Shown here: piece by piece, positions 1-10,679 of the stretch
How the letters are laid out: each line of letters starts with the position of its first letter
How positions within the stretch are numbered: the first letter of the stretch is position 1
NCBI GenBank assembly: GCA_020630555.1
Contig: JAHDBE010000003.1
Coordinates: forward strand, 1 to 45,096
Direction: 5' to 3'
DNA: 45,096 nt
DNA from: Saprospiraceae bacterium
GTDB taxonomy: Bacteria > Bacteroidota > Bacteroidia > Chitinophagales > Saprospiraceae
Program-made: the position numbers and the translations under genes
Notes under the pieces: model-generated
Databases searched by the model: none
The model's input: the letters and a program-made list of their open reading frames with translations, nothing else
What the model was told of the DNA's origin: nothing

Positions 1-830
1 AGCATGATGTACGAGGCTATATAATATTCGTTTATAACATGATAATGATAAATGACTTCACCATTACTATGAGGAGTTACGCCAAAATGACCACCTGATT
101 CATCCAAATCCGTAGGGTAATTGCCGTCATAATCGCGTCGACCATAAAGTAAAAATCCATCTGCCATAATGCCGATTAATTTTTCATCATCATGCGATAA
201 TGTGGTGTTTTCGGGAACATCATGAGACTCCAAATGATAGTGGTAACCAGAAGGTCCGTTGTGTGCTCCAGCATAATCTAAACCAGTCGCTGTGGGTTCG
301 TCAAAAGGACGGTTAGGACCTTCTTCGTCATTAAATATGGGCGCGCCTGTAACCGCTATTCCTATGGCACCCAATCCTGTAGCCGAACTTGTCGCGGCCA
401 GTTGTGGATTTAAAGGTAGGGTTACAGTATAACTTCGCTCGGTTATAAATCCAGGAGTGGTATGATCACCGACGACCTGCTCTATATGTAAAGGATGCCC
501 CTCTTGCCAATATGGGGAAGTGTGGTTAGGTAAGCCATTCGATTCTATGGTGACTTCATCTCCATTGAAGGTGATAGTTACGGCATCAGGATTAAATTCA
601 TCAAAAGCAGATAAAGGTGTACCCGAACTTATTACATCATTCGAATCAGAATTATTATTTACATATCCATCTGGTTGTTCGCACGATAATTGGCTGACAT
701 CTGGATTTCCTAATCCGTCTCCATCAGCATCTTGAAACCAAAGGGATTCGGTACAGGGATCGTCATCAGAACAGGATATTAAAAAGCTCAAGCCAAAAAA
801 GAGAAGAAAACAAGGTAACAGGTATTTCAT
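1..830 (-). CDS. YHYH domain-containing lipoprotein (partial, C-terminus runs off the left edge)
   Basis: Hand translation of the minus strand from the ATG at 828-830 gives MKYLLPCFLLFFGLSFLISCSDDD... (signal peptide plus lipobox Cys). It stays open to position 1 and contains ...GEVIYHYHVINEYY, the name-giving YHYH motif. It is absent from the supplied track because no stop codon lies inside the window. Confidence 0.75.
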   Translation of the reverse strand, partial: MKYLLPCFLLFFGLSFLISCSDDDPCTESLWFQDADGDGLGNPDVSQLSCEQPDGYVNNNSDSNDVISSGTPLSAFDEFNPDAVTITFNGDEVTIESNGLPNHTSPYWQEGHPLHIEQVVGDHTTPGFITERSYTVTLPLNPQLAATSSATGLGAIGIAVTGAPIFNDEEGPNRPFDEPTATGLDYAGAHNGPSGYHYHLESHDVPENTTLSHDDEKLIGIMADGFLLYGRRDYDGNYPTDLDESGGHFGVTPHSNGEVIYHYHVINEYYIASYIM

Positions 831-930
831 AGTATTTGATTTTAAAAATTAGATTGCTTATGTCCTATTTGACGATTCTAATTATAAAATCCCTTGTCAG
901 CTTATTCGAGTTCAGAGTAACTAGAATGAA

Positions 931-1347
931 TTACCTTGCTTTCCAGTTTGTGTTTTTCTTCTCAGATAATTTTGTTTCTACCTCTACTTGTACTTTAGGA
1001 TCATGCTTCACCATAAGATGTAACCAAAGCGAGCGACTACCTCGTAAAACTTTTAAATAAGTAATGATGCCTAAAAAGATGGCAAAAGCCATCGCTGCTT
1101 CGATTGACCACTTAAAATAAAAGACCAGAATTAGCGTCGGGATTAATAAAAACCAACCACTAAATATGTAAGAGATAAACATGGCTCCGTAGTAGAATCC
1201 GGGTTCGGGTTCAAGGCGCTGACCACAATGCGCACACTTCTCTGGCATATCAATGGGGTTCTTTAATCGCATGGGGGAGACAAATAAATCGCCCTGTCGA
1301 CAACGAGGACATTTGTTGTTCCACATGGCTTTGAAGGAGAAGGGCAT
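931..1347 (-). CDS. DUF983 family membrane protein (N-terminal CxxC...CxxC zinc ribbon plus 2 TM helices)
   Basis: 138-aa ORF with CPRC...CAHC cysteine pairs followed by two hydrophobic helices, which is the typical DUF983 architecture. Confidence 0.7.
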   Translation of the reverse strand: MPFSFKAMWNNKCPRCRQGDLFVSPMRLKNPIDMPEKCAHCGQRLEPEPGFYYGAMFISYIFSGWFLLIPTLILVFYFKWSIEAAMAFAIFLGIITYLKVLRGSRSLWLHLMVKHDPKVQVEVETKLSEKKNTNWKAR

Positions 1348-1490
1348 GGGTCGTTGTTTTTGGTTTTGACAAAGTTACGTTTAAATGAAATTAAATGCTT
1401 TGTTAATTCTGAAGTTGTAACCAATTGCTTAAACTTTTTGATCGTAATTTCGTCTTAATTAAGGGTTCGCTTAAAGCCCTGATTAAAACT

Positions 1491-3851
1491 ATGAAACAGC
1501 TATTATCATCACTCTTTCTTGTGTGTGCCTGCGTAATCTTTGGCGAAAGCCAAGAAAGAATTATTTCTGGCCAAATATTAGACGCCTCCACAAATGAAGC
1601 TCTAGAATTTGTATCCGTCACGCTTTTTAAAAATCAATCCAAAGATTTAATAACAGGAGAGGTCACCAATACCGATGGAAAATTTAGCCTGTCTACTAAA
1701 GCTTCTGATTTTTATCTTGAAGTGAGCTTTCTTGGTTATCAGACGAAAACGATCAACGGATCCTCCATGGCTTCCAATGACCTCGGAAAGATATACTTAG
1801 AATCAGATCGTCAACAATTAGATGAGGTCGTTGTGACCGCCGAAAAATCCACGACAGAATTTCGACTCGATAAACGTGTGTTTAACGTAGGGCAAGATTT
1901 AAGTTCGACCGGTGCAAGCGCATTTGAAGTATTAAATAATGTACCCTCAGTAAATGTAAATATCGAAGGTCAGGTATCTCTCAGAGGAAGCACTGGTGTA
2001 CAGATATTGATAGATGGCAAACCTTCTGTGCTTGCTAGCGATCAAAGTAACGCGCTAGGATCTATTACGGCAGATATGATTCAGTCCGTCGAAGTCATTA
2101 CGAATCCATCCGCTAAGTACGAAGCCGAAGGAACCTCAGGAATCATAAACATCGTCCTTAAAAAAGAAGATAAGAAAGGCATAAATGGTTCGGTCACTTT
2201 AAATACGGGTGTGCCGCATAATCACAGTGTGGGATTAAGTATGAATCGCCGTACTGAAAAATGGAATGTCTTTACACAAGCAGGGGTGGGCTATCGCGAA
2301 CTCCCAAACGATTCTAGAAATATAAATCGAAATCTAGTAACCAACGACGAATTACAATCTGTCGGTGAGGAGTTTCGAAATGAGGTGTTTTACAACTTTA
2401 ATCTTGGTGCAGATTACTACATTGATCCTAATAATGTGATCACTCTCTCTGGTAATTATGCCTATGAGATCGAAGATCAACCCTCGGAAACACAGTTTGA
2501 TTTTATCCCATTTGGTGCCGAACCAAGCAGTAGTTGGATTCGATCCGAAGAAACGGAAGCAACAAATCCAAAGCTACAATACGAACTGCAATACAAACGA
2601 GATTTTGAAGACCATAAGGACCATGATCTCTTATTCAGTGCCATCGGTAATTATTTCGGTAAAGAGCAAAGTTCGATTTTCGAAAATCAAGCACTCACTG
2701 GAAATGTCGAATTATTTAATCAGCGAACAGCCACAAAGTTCGATGAAGGTAAATACACCTTTAAATTAGATTACACAAAACCTTTTCAATCCAATTGGAC
2801 CATTGAAACTGGAGCACAATATCTACTCAATAATGTAGGTAATGAATTTACTGTCGAAAATCTGGTCAATGGCGTGTACGAAGAAGATCCAGGATTAACG
2901 AATGATTTTGAATACACACAGAATGTCCTTGGGGTTTATGGGACAACATCTTACGAAGGAGATTTATGGGGTGTAAAAGCAGGTTTGCGTATGGAAAATA
3001 CAGAACTCAATACGCTATTAGTCACGACTCAAGAAGAGAATGATCGCAACTTTACAAACCTATTTCCATCCCTTCATAGTTCGTACAAGATCTGGGATAA
3101 TCTATCAGTACAGGCAGGTTATTCTCGACGAATTTATAGACCGAGATTATGGGATTTAAACCCGTTTTTTAATATCCGTAATAACTTTGTTATCCGTACA
3201 GGTAATCCTGATTTGCTTCCAGAATTTACAGATTCGTATGAGGCGGGTTTGATTTACATCAAAGGAGAATTATCTACAAACTTCAATGTCTATTTTAGAC
3301 GCACGGAAGATGTCATCGAACGAATTTCGAGTTTTGAAGACAACGTCACTTTCTTTCGACCTTTGAATTTAGGAGTCGAGTCATCTACAGGATTAGAATT
3401 TAACTTCAAGTACAGTCCATTTAGAAAGCTCTCTTTCAATGGTGACGTCAACTATAACTATTTTAGTCGAGAGGGAAGTTTTGAAGGCACTTCTTTTGAT
3501 TTTAATGCCGATCAGTATTCTGGAAAGCTAACCACAAAATATAAAGTGTCAAAAAGTTTTGATGTCGAGACTACTGGTCGTTACGAAAGCAAAAGGCGCA
3601 CTGTACAGGGTGAGGTGGCTGACAATGCTTCATTAGATCTAGGGATGCGTTATAAAGTCGATAAGGGACGCATTGTACTTAATTTTAGTGTCCGAGATGT
3701 GTTTGCCTCAAGGATCAGACAATCCGAAGCATTCCAAGAAACCTTCTATAGCTTTAGCCGAAGATTACGTGGTCGGTTCATCACCTTTGGAATGAGTTAT
3801 GGTTTTGGTAAAGGAGAAGCTATGCAGTATTCAGGTCGTAGAAGGCGATAA
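1491..3851 (+). CDS. TonB-dependent receptor-like outer membrane beta-barrel protein (CarboxypepD_reg-like N-domain, plug, barrel)
   Basis: The track ORF is 1425..3851. The likelier start is MKQLLSSLFLVCA (signal peptide) at 1491. ISGQILDASTNEALEFVSVTL...TDGKFSL is a CarboxypepD_reg-like fold. The plug-like segment is VLNNVPSVNV...GSTGVQILIDGKP. The long Tyr/Gly/Asn-rich barrel ends in an aromatic-rich segment. Confidence 0.8.
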   Translation: MKQLLSSLFLVCACVIFGESQERIISGQILDASTNEALEFVSVTLFKNQSKDLITGEVTNTDGKFSLSTKASDFYLEVSFLGYQTKTINGSSMASNDLGKIYLESDRQQLDEVVVTAEKSTTEFRLDKRVFNVGQDLSSTGASAFEVLNNVPSVNVNIEGQVSLRGSTGVQILIDGKPSVLASDQSNALGSITADMIQSVEVITNPSAKYEAEGTSGIINIVLKKEDKKGINGSVTLNTGVPHNHSVGLSMNRRTEKWNVFTQAGVGYRELPNDSRNINRNLVTNDELQSVGEEFRNEVFYNFNLGADYYIDPNNVITLSGNYAYEIEDQPSETQFDFIPFGAEPSSSWIRSEETEATNPKLQYELQYKRDFEDHKDHDLLFSAIGNYFGKEQSSIFENQALTGNVELFNQRTATKFDEGKYTFKLDYTKPFQSNWTIETGAQYLLNNVGNEFTVENLVNGVYEEDPGLTNDFEYTQNVLGVYGTTSYEGDLWGVKAGLRMENTELNTLLVTTQEENDRNFTNLFPSLHSSYKIWDNLSVQAGYSRRIYRPRLWDLNPFFNIRNNFVIRTGNPDLLPEFTDSYEAGLIYIKGELSTNFNVYFRRTEDVIERISSFEDNVTFFRPLNLGVESSTGLEFNFKYSPFRKLSFNGDVNYNYFSREGSFEGTSFDFNADQYSGKLTTKYKVSKSFDVETTGRYESKRRTVQGEVADNASLDLGMRYKVDKGRIVLNFSVRDVFASRIRQSEAFQETFYSFSRRLRGRFITFGMSYGFGKGEAMQYSGRRRR

Positions 3852-3860
3852 GTTCTTTTC

Positions 3861-3876
3861 CGCTTTCGCGAAAGCG
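3861..3876 (+). terminator. Possible weak terminator hairpin after the receptor gene (perfect 16-bp palindrome CGCTTTCGCGAAAGCG, no T-run)
   Basis: The palindrome was read directly. It lies 10 nt after the stop codon at 3849-3851. The missing U-tract keeps confidence low. Confidence 0.3.
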
Positions 3877-3911
3877 AATAAGTCAAATTGTACCGAAGGA
3901 AAATACGCTTA

Positions 3912-4736
3912 ATGAAAAAGTTGATCGTCCAAATTATGTCGATTTTGGCACCGTCATTGGTAGCAAAAAAATCCTATCAAATCTTGACAAATCCGCAGAT
4001 CAAAAAATTAAGAGAACACGAATTAGAATTTTTGGATAAAGCCGAAAAGGAGAAAATTAGCTTTGGTGAATTTTCGATTCAAACCTACAAATGGGGGAGC
4101 CCAGAACATGAAAAGATTTTGCTTATTCATGGTTGGGAAGGCCAAGCGGGAAATTTCGTGGATATCATCAAAGAACTCTTACAAAACGAGTATTACGTAA
4201 TCTCCTTTGATGCGCCTTCACATGGATTTAGTTCAAAAGGAACAACAAGTCTATTTGAGTTTAGTGATCTAGTTGGAAAAATGATCATCGACAATGCTTG
4301 TAAAAAGCTTATAAGTCATTCTTTTGGAGGAGTGGCAACAACTTACGCCCTGTTTAGAAATAAGGAAGTGAACATTGATAAGTATCTGCTTCTTACAACA
4401 CCTGATAAATTTAGCCAACGCATCGACGACGTTGGAAAGGCAGTCGGTATCACCCAAAAGGTAAAAACTATACTGATTAAAAAATTGGAGAACGAACTAA
4501 ATATTAAAGTGACTGATGCCAATGTAAGTAACTATGTCCAAGAAATAAATGTCAAAAAGGCTTTGATTATCCATGATAAAAATGATCGAGTCATCCCAAT
4601 CGAACAATCAAAGAATGTCTATGAAAATTGGGATGTCTGTCGCTTTCAGGAAATTGAAGGGACAGGGCATTTTAGAATTCTTAGGGATAAAAGTGTTGCG
4701 AAATCCATTCTTCATTTTATGAATGACCCTATTTAA
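3912..4736 (+). CDS. alpha/beta hydrolase fold protein
   Basis: HGWEGQAGNF is an oxyanion-region HG motif. SHSFGG matches the nucleophile elbow GxSxG-like motif. A late IHDKNDRVIP...GTGHF segment supplies the Asp/His. The start is chosen at MKKLIVQ (3912) rather than the track start 3888. Confidence 0.75.
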   Translation: MKKLIVQIMSILAPSLVAKKSYQILTNPQIKKLREHELEFLDKAEKEKISFGEFSIQTYKWGSPEHEKILLIHGWEGQAGNFVDIIKELLQNEYYVISFDAPSHGFSSKGTTSLFEFSDLVGKMIIDNACKKLISHSFGGVATTYALFRNKEVNIDKYLLLTTPDKFSQRIDDVGKAVGITQKVKTILIKKLENELNIKVTDANVSNYVQEINVKKALIIHDKNDRVIPIEQSKNVYENWDVCRFQEIEGTGHFRILRDKSVAKSILHFMNDPI

Positions 4737-4909
4737 ACTGTAGTTGTGATATTCAGGGTTGCGCATCCGTACTTAATAATACCTATGATTTGTTTTATGT
4801 TTTGACAAGAAACATATACCACAATTCTCAACTTAATTTGAACAAACGATTAAATGCGGAAGCAGTCCTTCAATACTGCTTCCTCATTGTATAATAATGA
4901 TCCGTGATC

Positions 4910-7639
4910 CTAATTCCCAATCACTACTCTTTCGACTACTTCAGAACCGGTTTCAAGATCTTTAATATAGAGAAGATAAGTTCCTTGTGGAATAGTTTCT
5001 ATTTTGATTTGTCTTGCATTGTTGGTAGTAATTATCAGCTTGCCTTCCAAATCATATAGAGATACATTATAGTTTAATTTTCCATCTACTTCTATGTTAA
5101 TGACATCTACAGCTGGATTTGGAAAGATGTTTATTTGAGAATTTGCAATTTCATGTGTCGAAGTCATTAGATCGCTTCCATCACAATCTTCATCAACGCC
5201 ATTATTCGGTATTTCCGTGGCATCAGGATTGATGTTCGGATTGTTATCGTCGCAATCGTCCGCTAATAAGAAACCATCTTGGTCTAAGTCATCATCTAAC
5301 GTCGAAGTATCGCAATCGTCGTCAATTCCATTGTAGGGTTCTTCGGTTTGGTCAGGATTGATGTTTGGATTATTATCGTCACAATCATCAATTAAAAGGA
5401 AGCCGTCCTGGTCTAAATCATCGTCAAGAGTGGCAGAATTGCAATCGTCATCAATTCCATTATATGGCTCTTCTGTTTGATCAGGATTGATGTTTGGATT
5501 GTTGTCGTCACAATCGTCCGCTAATAAGAAACCATCTTGGTCTAAATCATCGTCTAATGTCGATGTATTGCAATCATCGTCAATACCATTGTATGGTATT
5601 TCGAAATCACTTAGTGTTGTACAATTGTAAGTTTTATTATACGAATATTGCGACGATCTTCCATTTAAATGTTGAATTGCCTTAACGATAACTTGATCTT
5701 CTAAAAAGCTATTACTCTCTATTTCCCAATCCCCATTATCATCAATAATAGTGGTTCCTAAAAATTCATAACCTGCTGCAATACTACAATTTGGTCTTGC
5801 ATAATATACATCTAGGATGGCGCCAGGTTCTCCAATTCCAGTTATTGATTTATCATTGTTTATGGTAAAGACCGTTGGTCTATCCATTAATTCTGATTGT
5901 GACCAACCACTATTGCCTTGACAATAGATCGAATGTAATCCGATTAGAATACTGTCGCAATTCGATGCTGCACCAATTCCATTGTACCCTGCAAATCCGA
6001 TAATATTTCGATCATTAAAATCTCTTGTACCAATTTGAATGTTATGAGAATTAGTGATGTTGATACCATTGCTTGTCTGACCAAAATCCTCCTCAGATTC
6101 GTTGGTTCCAATATAATTTCCAATTAACAAGCCATCCCTTGAATCATTAATATTGAATCCACTATTACCATTGAAAATCCGATTGTTTTTTAAAGTAAAT
6201 CCCTGGCTTTCTAAAACCCTCACATTCACGGCATTCTCCGTGGTTTGAATCGTACAATTATTGATTTCTAAATTTGTACAATTTCGAACTCTCACACCAA
6301 ATTGATCGAAATCTTCAATCGATAAATTCGAAAGAATAATATCGCTTGAATTGGATTCAAAATGGATTCCTTGATTTTTCAAGTCTGTCAATCTTAGATT
6401 TTCGATCTTGATATTGTTTGAATTTTCTTCAATAAGGATAGCAAACGGAGTATACAAGGAGCCTTTATAAGAAAGACTCACATTTTGACCATTCGATAAA
6501 GCGCCGTTAATACTAGAATTACTGTTGAGATATAAAATCTCATCCACTTCAATGTTAGCATTACTCACTGAAGGGTGAAATGTTATATTAATGGGATTGC
6601 TACATATGTATGAACAGGCCACGGCGTCCAAAAAAGATCCACTCCCAAAATTATTCCCATTTTGAATCACAATGTCATTTGATGTGCAATCACATCGGAG
6701 GTATCCTCCATATTTTTCATATGTAAATTGCATCCTTTCTAATTGCCCCTGCGTAAATATTTCACCACAGGATACATCTGGACCATACGCCATAATATTC
6801 GAAAGGAGAGGGTTGAATTCATCTCCATTTAAATCTGTTGATGTCCCGGTATAATTGCAATTGTCAATTGTATTGAATAAAATAGGTGATGCTGGAGTAT
6901 CGCATACTTGATCTCCTGTTTGTTCGCAATCAGGAATTTGATCATTGTTGTCATCTATGGTTGAATTATCGTACTTCACAGCCCCTTGACAGAAAACATC
7001 AATATCAAATCCATTCAAATCCCAATTGGAATATGTTTGGCAATCCTCGGTGAAAATGTTATATCTCCCATGAGTATGTAGAAGCCCAAAAACATGCCCC
7101 ATTTCATGAATGAATGTTGAAATTCCAGCATTTTGGGCAAGATGAATGGTGCCTCCATTTTTATAGTACAATCTAGACCCCAATCCAGACAATGAACAAT
7201 TTGGGGTTACTATTGATTCATGAAAATAGACGTTAATCGCCCTGTTGTTTCTGTTTTGATATAACTCAGCATATTCGTCAGGAACCTTAAATTCAGTAAA
7301 CAAATCATCATCAATATAAGTGGGCGTCTCAATAGCATTAAGGCATATTCCTATTTCTGCGAAAATAGTATTCAAAGAATCAAGTGATTCGAAGAATGTC
7401 AATAAATCAATATTTGTGTTTCCTGAGTTGTCTCTACATACGAATAGTTGTAGTTGTATTGTATCCAATCCAGTAGCGCTTCGGAATTCTTGATTTGAGT
7501 CTTTACTTAACTTTTTAAATTTCTGAAAATTTTTAAAATCAAATGGGTGTTGTGGCGTGAAGTCAAATCCACATTGGACTTGAGAAAAGCTAAGTTGAGC
7601 TGTTAAACTCAATACAATTACCACTAATATTTTATTCAT
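4910..7639 (-). CDS. T9SS-secreted metzincin metalloprotease (M43/pappalysin-like catalytic domain, parallel beta-helix repeats, 3.3 tandem Asp/Cys-rich metal-binding-type repeats, type-A T9SS C-terminal domain)
   Basis: [13 protein letters not shown] lies at 7070..7108, followed by GDQVCDTPA, which is typical of M43. The repetitive N-x-[ILV] ladder (aa ~415-590) is typical of a right-handed beta-helix. Three 43-aa repeats read [32 protein letters not shown]. The C-terminus [15 protein letters not shown]...YLLYIKD... is a Por/T9SS sorting domain. The start is chosen at [12 protein letters not shown] (7639). Confidence 0.8.
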   Translation of the reverse strand: MNKILVVIVLSLTAQLSFSQVQCGFDFTPQHPFDFKNFQKFKKLSKDSNQEFRSATGLDTIQLQLFVCRDNSGNTNIDLLTFFESLDSLNTIFAEIGICLNAIETPTYIDDDLFTEFKVPDEYAELYQNRNNRAINVYFHESIVTPNCSLSGLGSRLYYKNGGTIHLAQNAGISTFIHEMGHVFGLLHTHGRYNIFTEDCQTYSNWDLNGFDIDVFCQGAVKYDNSTIDDNNDQIPDCEQTGDQVCDTPASPILFNTIDNCNYTGTSTDLNGDEFNPLLSNIMAYGPDVSCGEIFTQGQLERMQFTYEKYGGYLRCDCTSNDIVIQNGNNFGSGSFLDAVACSYICSNPINITFHPSVSNANIEVDEILYLNSNSSINGALSNGQNVSLSYKGSLYTPFAILIEENSNNIKIENLRLTDLKNQGIHFESNSSDIILSNLSIEDFDQFGVRVRNCTNLEINNCTIQTTENAVNVRVLESQGFTLKNNRIFNGNSGFNINDSRDGLLIGNYIGTNESEEDFGQTSNGINITNSHNIQIGTRDFNDRNIIGFAGYNGIGAASNCDSILIGLHSIYCQGNSGWSQSELMDRPTVFTINNDKSITGIGEPGAILDVYYARPNCSIAAGYEFLGTTIIDDNGDWEIESNSFLEDQVIVKAIQHLNGRSSQYSYNKTYNCTTLSDFEIPYNGIDDDCNTSTLDDDLDQDGFLLADDCDDNNPNINPDQTEEPYNGIDDDCNSATLDDDLDQDGFLLIDDCDDNNPNINPDQTEEPYNGIDDDCDTSTLDDDLDQDGFLLADDCDDNNPNINPDATEIPNNGVDEDCDGSDLMTSTHEIANSQINIFPNPAVDVINIEVDGKLNYNVSLYDLEGKLIITTNNARQIKIETIPQGTYLLYIKDLETGSEVVERVVIGN
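5210..5596 (-). repeat. Three tandem 129-bp (43-aa) in-frame repeats inside the metalloprotease gene, plus a partial fourth copy down to ~5171
   Basis: The repeats are visible at both protein and DNA level. The three DNA copies align by eye at roughly 80-90 percent identity. Confidence 0.9.
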
Positions 7640-7949
7640 ATTAATTTTTTGGAAAAGTCGTAGCCCCAGTTGAGCCAATGACTTTTCAGTTTTTACTCAT
7701 GTGTACATGCAGTGGTTTATTCTCTATTCGGAGAATTGTTATCAGCTAGACAATTTAGTCTACGCAAACTTTTGGGGATAAGTTGTTATTCTGGGCTTTT
7801 CAAGGGGGGTGAAACTATTTAATGATTTCAGTGATTAACATTAAACAAAACCACGGTATAAACTTAAAAATTTATTTTAATTTTTAGTTCGCTTGTAAGT
7901 TAACTATGAATAATAAGCTATATGAAATCCTTAGTAAAAAGATTTCAAT

Positions 7950-10352
7950 CTAAATCTTCACCAATTTAGACGTAGATAAAATTCGGCCACCCTTTAGAAT
8001 GCATACGCTGTAGAAGCCCTCTGGTAAATCCTCAGTTGAAATTAGATTAATCGAGGATCCAAGAATAGATTCTTTGACAGACCGTCCCTCCACGTTTAAG
8101 ATTTGATAGGAGTAGGACTGAGCTTTGTTTTCAGAGGATTTAATCTTTATTTGTAGTAGATCTTTAACAGGATTCGGCGCGATTAATATATTTTCTAAGG
8201 CCAAGTCATCTGTCGTTGAAGTAGATCCCGTAAATTGCTCCACCGTTAAATCGTCAAAGTAGAAGCCATCTTCTCTGACAAACTGATCCGAACTCATCGT
8301 AAATCTGATCGTCACATTTTCATTACCGACAAACTCGTTAAGACATATTTCTTCTTGTACCCACTCAGACTGAAACCCATCGTAAACAGGTTCGTCTTCT
8401 GGTAACTGATCAGGCACGGCTGGGTTGGTAAATTTTCCGCATACCGGCTCAAAAATAGTACCGTCTGTGGAAACTAGAATTTGAGCAAAATCATAATCTA
8501 TCTCAATTTCAAACTTGGTCTGAAATTTAAAATAGGCTGAATCCGCGGTACTTAAATCAATCGATTCTAAAGTGATTTCTGAGTAACTATTATTAGGGTA
8601 TTCTTGATTTGGAGAATCCGTAATAGAGTAGGGTGCAGATACGAAATCTTCTTCTGTCAAATTCCAATTTCCTACAATCTCAAAATTAGTGGTCTCATCA
8701 AGATTATCAGTTTCCACAATATCAGGATCACTAACACTAGCATTATAAGTTTTTATCAAAGGAAGTTCCAAGTTAAACAGGCCGTTGTCGATACTCATTG
8801 TCATTGACAGTTCATCTCCGATAACAACAGGATCAATGATATAATCTATTTCTAATTCCATCATGTCCCCGATATCCATCATGAGATTAGGATATTCATT
8901 CATCGTTAATTCTAATCCAGGTGTATTTGAGTACAAAGCAAAAGAGATATCGCCTTCTTTTAACCCACTCTTTTCGAGATTGAATTTAAATGACCCATTC
9001 TTTTCGGTGATTTCGTTTTTCGGAGATATTTCTTTCGCCCAAGCGAAATTATATAAAAGGTGAGCGGCATTGAGATTATGTCTTACTGCGGTTTTATTTA
9101 ATCGATCTATTTGATCTTCAGCAGGCCAAAATGCGGGTCCCACCTCAGGAGTCATAGAGTAAATTTTATTTTTTTCTGTTTCTTCACCGTACAACCAATC
9201 ATCACTATCTCCATTTACTACATAGCCTACTGTTTCGGTCCCTGTCCCAATCTGGAAATCATTATCAGCAGTCATCACACGCGCTAAAGATTTAAATACA
9301 TCGTCTTCATCCGTAGGTTGGTCAGAATAACCCCATGGATGAATAAGAAGATTTCCGAAGGTGTGATAGTTTAATGCTATTTGAAAATTGTTAGCTATGC
9401 ATAGTTCACGAATGGCTTGAGTTTCAGGTTCGGAAAAAGCAGATGGTCCCCGATAAACATCACTGTTTTCGTTTCCAGACGATCCATTATTATCAAACCC
9501 CCAGAAATACCCGTAGTTACGATTTAAGTCCACCCCTACAGCTTCGCCATTAGGATTAACATATCTGTTTTTACGCCAAAAACCTCCACCATTAGGGTTG
9601 TTTGTTTCGTTAAAAACATAACCATCTGGATTAACGATTGGGACAAAAAACATACTTGTGTTGTCTACGAGGTAAGTAACTTCATCATCATTACCATAGC
9701 CTTCTAACAAATACCACATATAGAATATGAGTTGGGAAAGCGAATTGGGTTCGCGTGCATGGTGTAAAGCATTATATAAAATCTGAGGTTTACTTGGATC
9801 GACATTATTAGGAGTCGAAGAGATCACTAAATAATACAGATTGCGTCCTTCTTGCGTCTGAATATTTCCTATGGCCTGTCTTTCTGTAATAAGATTCGGG
9901 TATAACTCGGCCATTTTATCAAGTTCATCTAATGCTTCTTGATAGGTGAGATAACCACCCATGCTTCCATAGCTATAATTATCTGGAGTTGGATAATCAA
10001 ACTTATCCGTTTCTGAACTTACACAATCTACTCCACGGCTTTGAGCCATGACATAATTTTCATCCGAAGTTCCATATTGATTGTAAAATGCATTGACATC
10101 TTCGATTACAACGTCATAGGGAATTCCTGCCTGATCTAATAATCCTCGTTCGTATTGATTAAACACATTTATAAGGTGTTTATGATGGGCATGACAACCA
10201 TGATCTGTTTCTAGACCTAGTTTAGATACTTCTTGTAAATCGACTTCATGTAAATGGATTTTTAATTTACTATAGACGGTATTACTTTGGCTTAAAGCCA
10301 AAAAAGAAGAAAAAAGAATACAGATACTTAGGATGCCTTTTAGAAATTTCAT
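7950..10352 (-). CDS. T9SS-secreted M14 family zinc carboxypeptidase with C-terminal jelly-roll (MAM/CUB-like) domain and type-A T9SS sorting domain
   Basis: There is a signal peptide. HHAREPNS is the HxxE zinc site. NRNYGYFWG and YHTFGNLLIHPWGY are M14 signatures. The C-terminus ILIAPNPVKDLLQIKI...GFYSVCILKGG... is a T9SS CTD. Confidence 0.85.
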   Translation of the reverse strand: MKFLKGILSICILFSSFLALSQSNTVYSKLKIHLHEVDLQEVSKLGLETDHGCHAHHKHLINVFNQYERGLLDQAGIPYDVVIEDVNAFYNQYGTSDENYVMAQSRGVDCVSSETDKFDYPTPDNYSYGSMGGYLTYQEALDELDKMAELYPNLITERQAIGNIQTQEGRNLYYLVISSTPNNVDPSKPQILYNALHHAREPNSLSQLIFYMWYLLEGYGNDDEVTYLVDNTSMFFVPIVNPDGYVFNETNNPNGGGFWRKNRYVNPNGEAVGVDLNRNYGYFWGFDNNGSSGNENSDVYRGPSAFSEPETQAIRELCIANNFQIALNYHTFGNLLIHPWGYSDQPTDEDDVFKSLARVMTADNDFQIGTGTETVGYVVNGDSDDWLYGEETEKNKIYSMTPEVGPAFWPAEDQIDRLNKTAVRHNLNAAHLLYNFAWAKEISPKNEITEKNGSFKFNLEKSGLKEGDISFALYSNTPGLELTMNEYPNLMMDIGDMMELEIDYIIDPVVIGDELSMTMSIDNGLFNLELPLIKTYNASVSDPDIVETDNLDETTNFEIVGNWNLTEEDFVSAPYSITDSPNQEYPNNSYSEITLESIDLSTADSAYFKFQTKFEIEIDYDFAQILVSTDGTIFEPVCGKFTNPAVPDQLPEDEPVYDGFQSEWVQEEICLNEFVGNENVTIRFTMSSDQFVREDGFYFDDLTVEQFTGSTSTTDDLALENILIAPNPVKDLLQIKIKSSENKAQSYSYQILNVEGRSVKESILGSSINLISTEDLPEGFYSVCILKGGRILSTSKLVKI

Positions 10353-10421
10353 GGTGTCTCATGTTTAAAAGACGAAGATGCAGATATGTTTTAACAATAA
10401 ATGTCGGTTGGGTATTCTTCT

Positions 10422-10476
10422 AAAATAAAAAAGTGCAAACACATTAACTAGGGGGACTAGCTAGGGCATTTGCACT
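10422..10476 (-). terminator. Probable rho-independent terminator on the minus strand (8-bp stem AGTGCAAA/TTTGCACT, CTAG-rich 29-nt loop, then a U-run)
   Basis: The minus-strand reading is AGTGCAAATGCCCTAGCTAGTCCCCCTAGTTAATGTGTTTGCACTTTTTTATTTTA. It lies 200 nt downstream of the LytTR gene stop and 70 nt upstream of the M14 start. Confidence 0.5.
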
Positions 10477-10646
10477 TGGTTTCAATCGAACTTCTGGAGT
10501 CCAATTTCATTGCTTGCTTATTATCTGCTAAGGTCTTTTTTATGGCACGACTGTTAGCTGATATGGAAAAAAACCGTTGTTCTCTTCAGCTACGTTAAAG
10601 AAACGCTGCAAATTCTGAGTTGCTATGTTTTGTACAAGGAAAATTA

Positions 10647-10677
10647 ACCAACGCGCCTATTTATTAAACCAACGCGC
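10647..10677. promoter_or_regulatory. Direct repeat ACCAACGCGC x2 with 21-bp phasing, abutting the LytTR regulator stop codon (candidate LytTR-type operator)
   Basis: Perfect 10-mers lie at 10647..10656 and 10668..10677, in the flanking context TTA(A)ACCAACGCGC(C)TAT. Assigning them to a regulator is inference only. Confidence 0.3.
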
Positions 10678-10679
10678 TA

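Noticed and set aside
520-735. 71-aa plus-strand ORF in the track
   Set aside because: It lies antisense inside the well-supported YHYH lipoprotein CDS (1..830, minus strand), and its sequence has no recognisable features.
2458-2769. Internal or antisense track ORFs nested in long genes (for example 2458..2769, 4269..4457, 5494..5685, 8604..9063, 11582..12277, 16662..17212, 18280..18534, 20543..20827, 24884..25250, 26126..27062, 32812..32994, 33282..33859, 35274..35492, 36302..36499, 39496..39681, 40221..40913, 41241..41444, 42959..43693)
   Set aside because: Each lies fully inside, or antisense to, a longer ORF with clear family motifs, and none shows motifs of its own.
4858-4883. 9-bp hairpin GGAAGCAGT-N8-ACTGCTTCC between the convergent hydrolase and metalloprotease genes
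   Set aside because: It is a plausible bidirectional terminator but has no U-run on either side. It is too weak to list as a feature.
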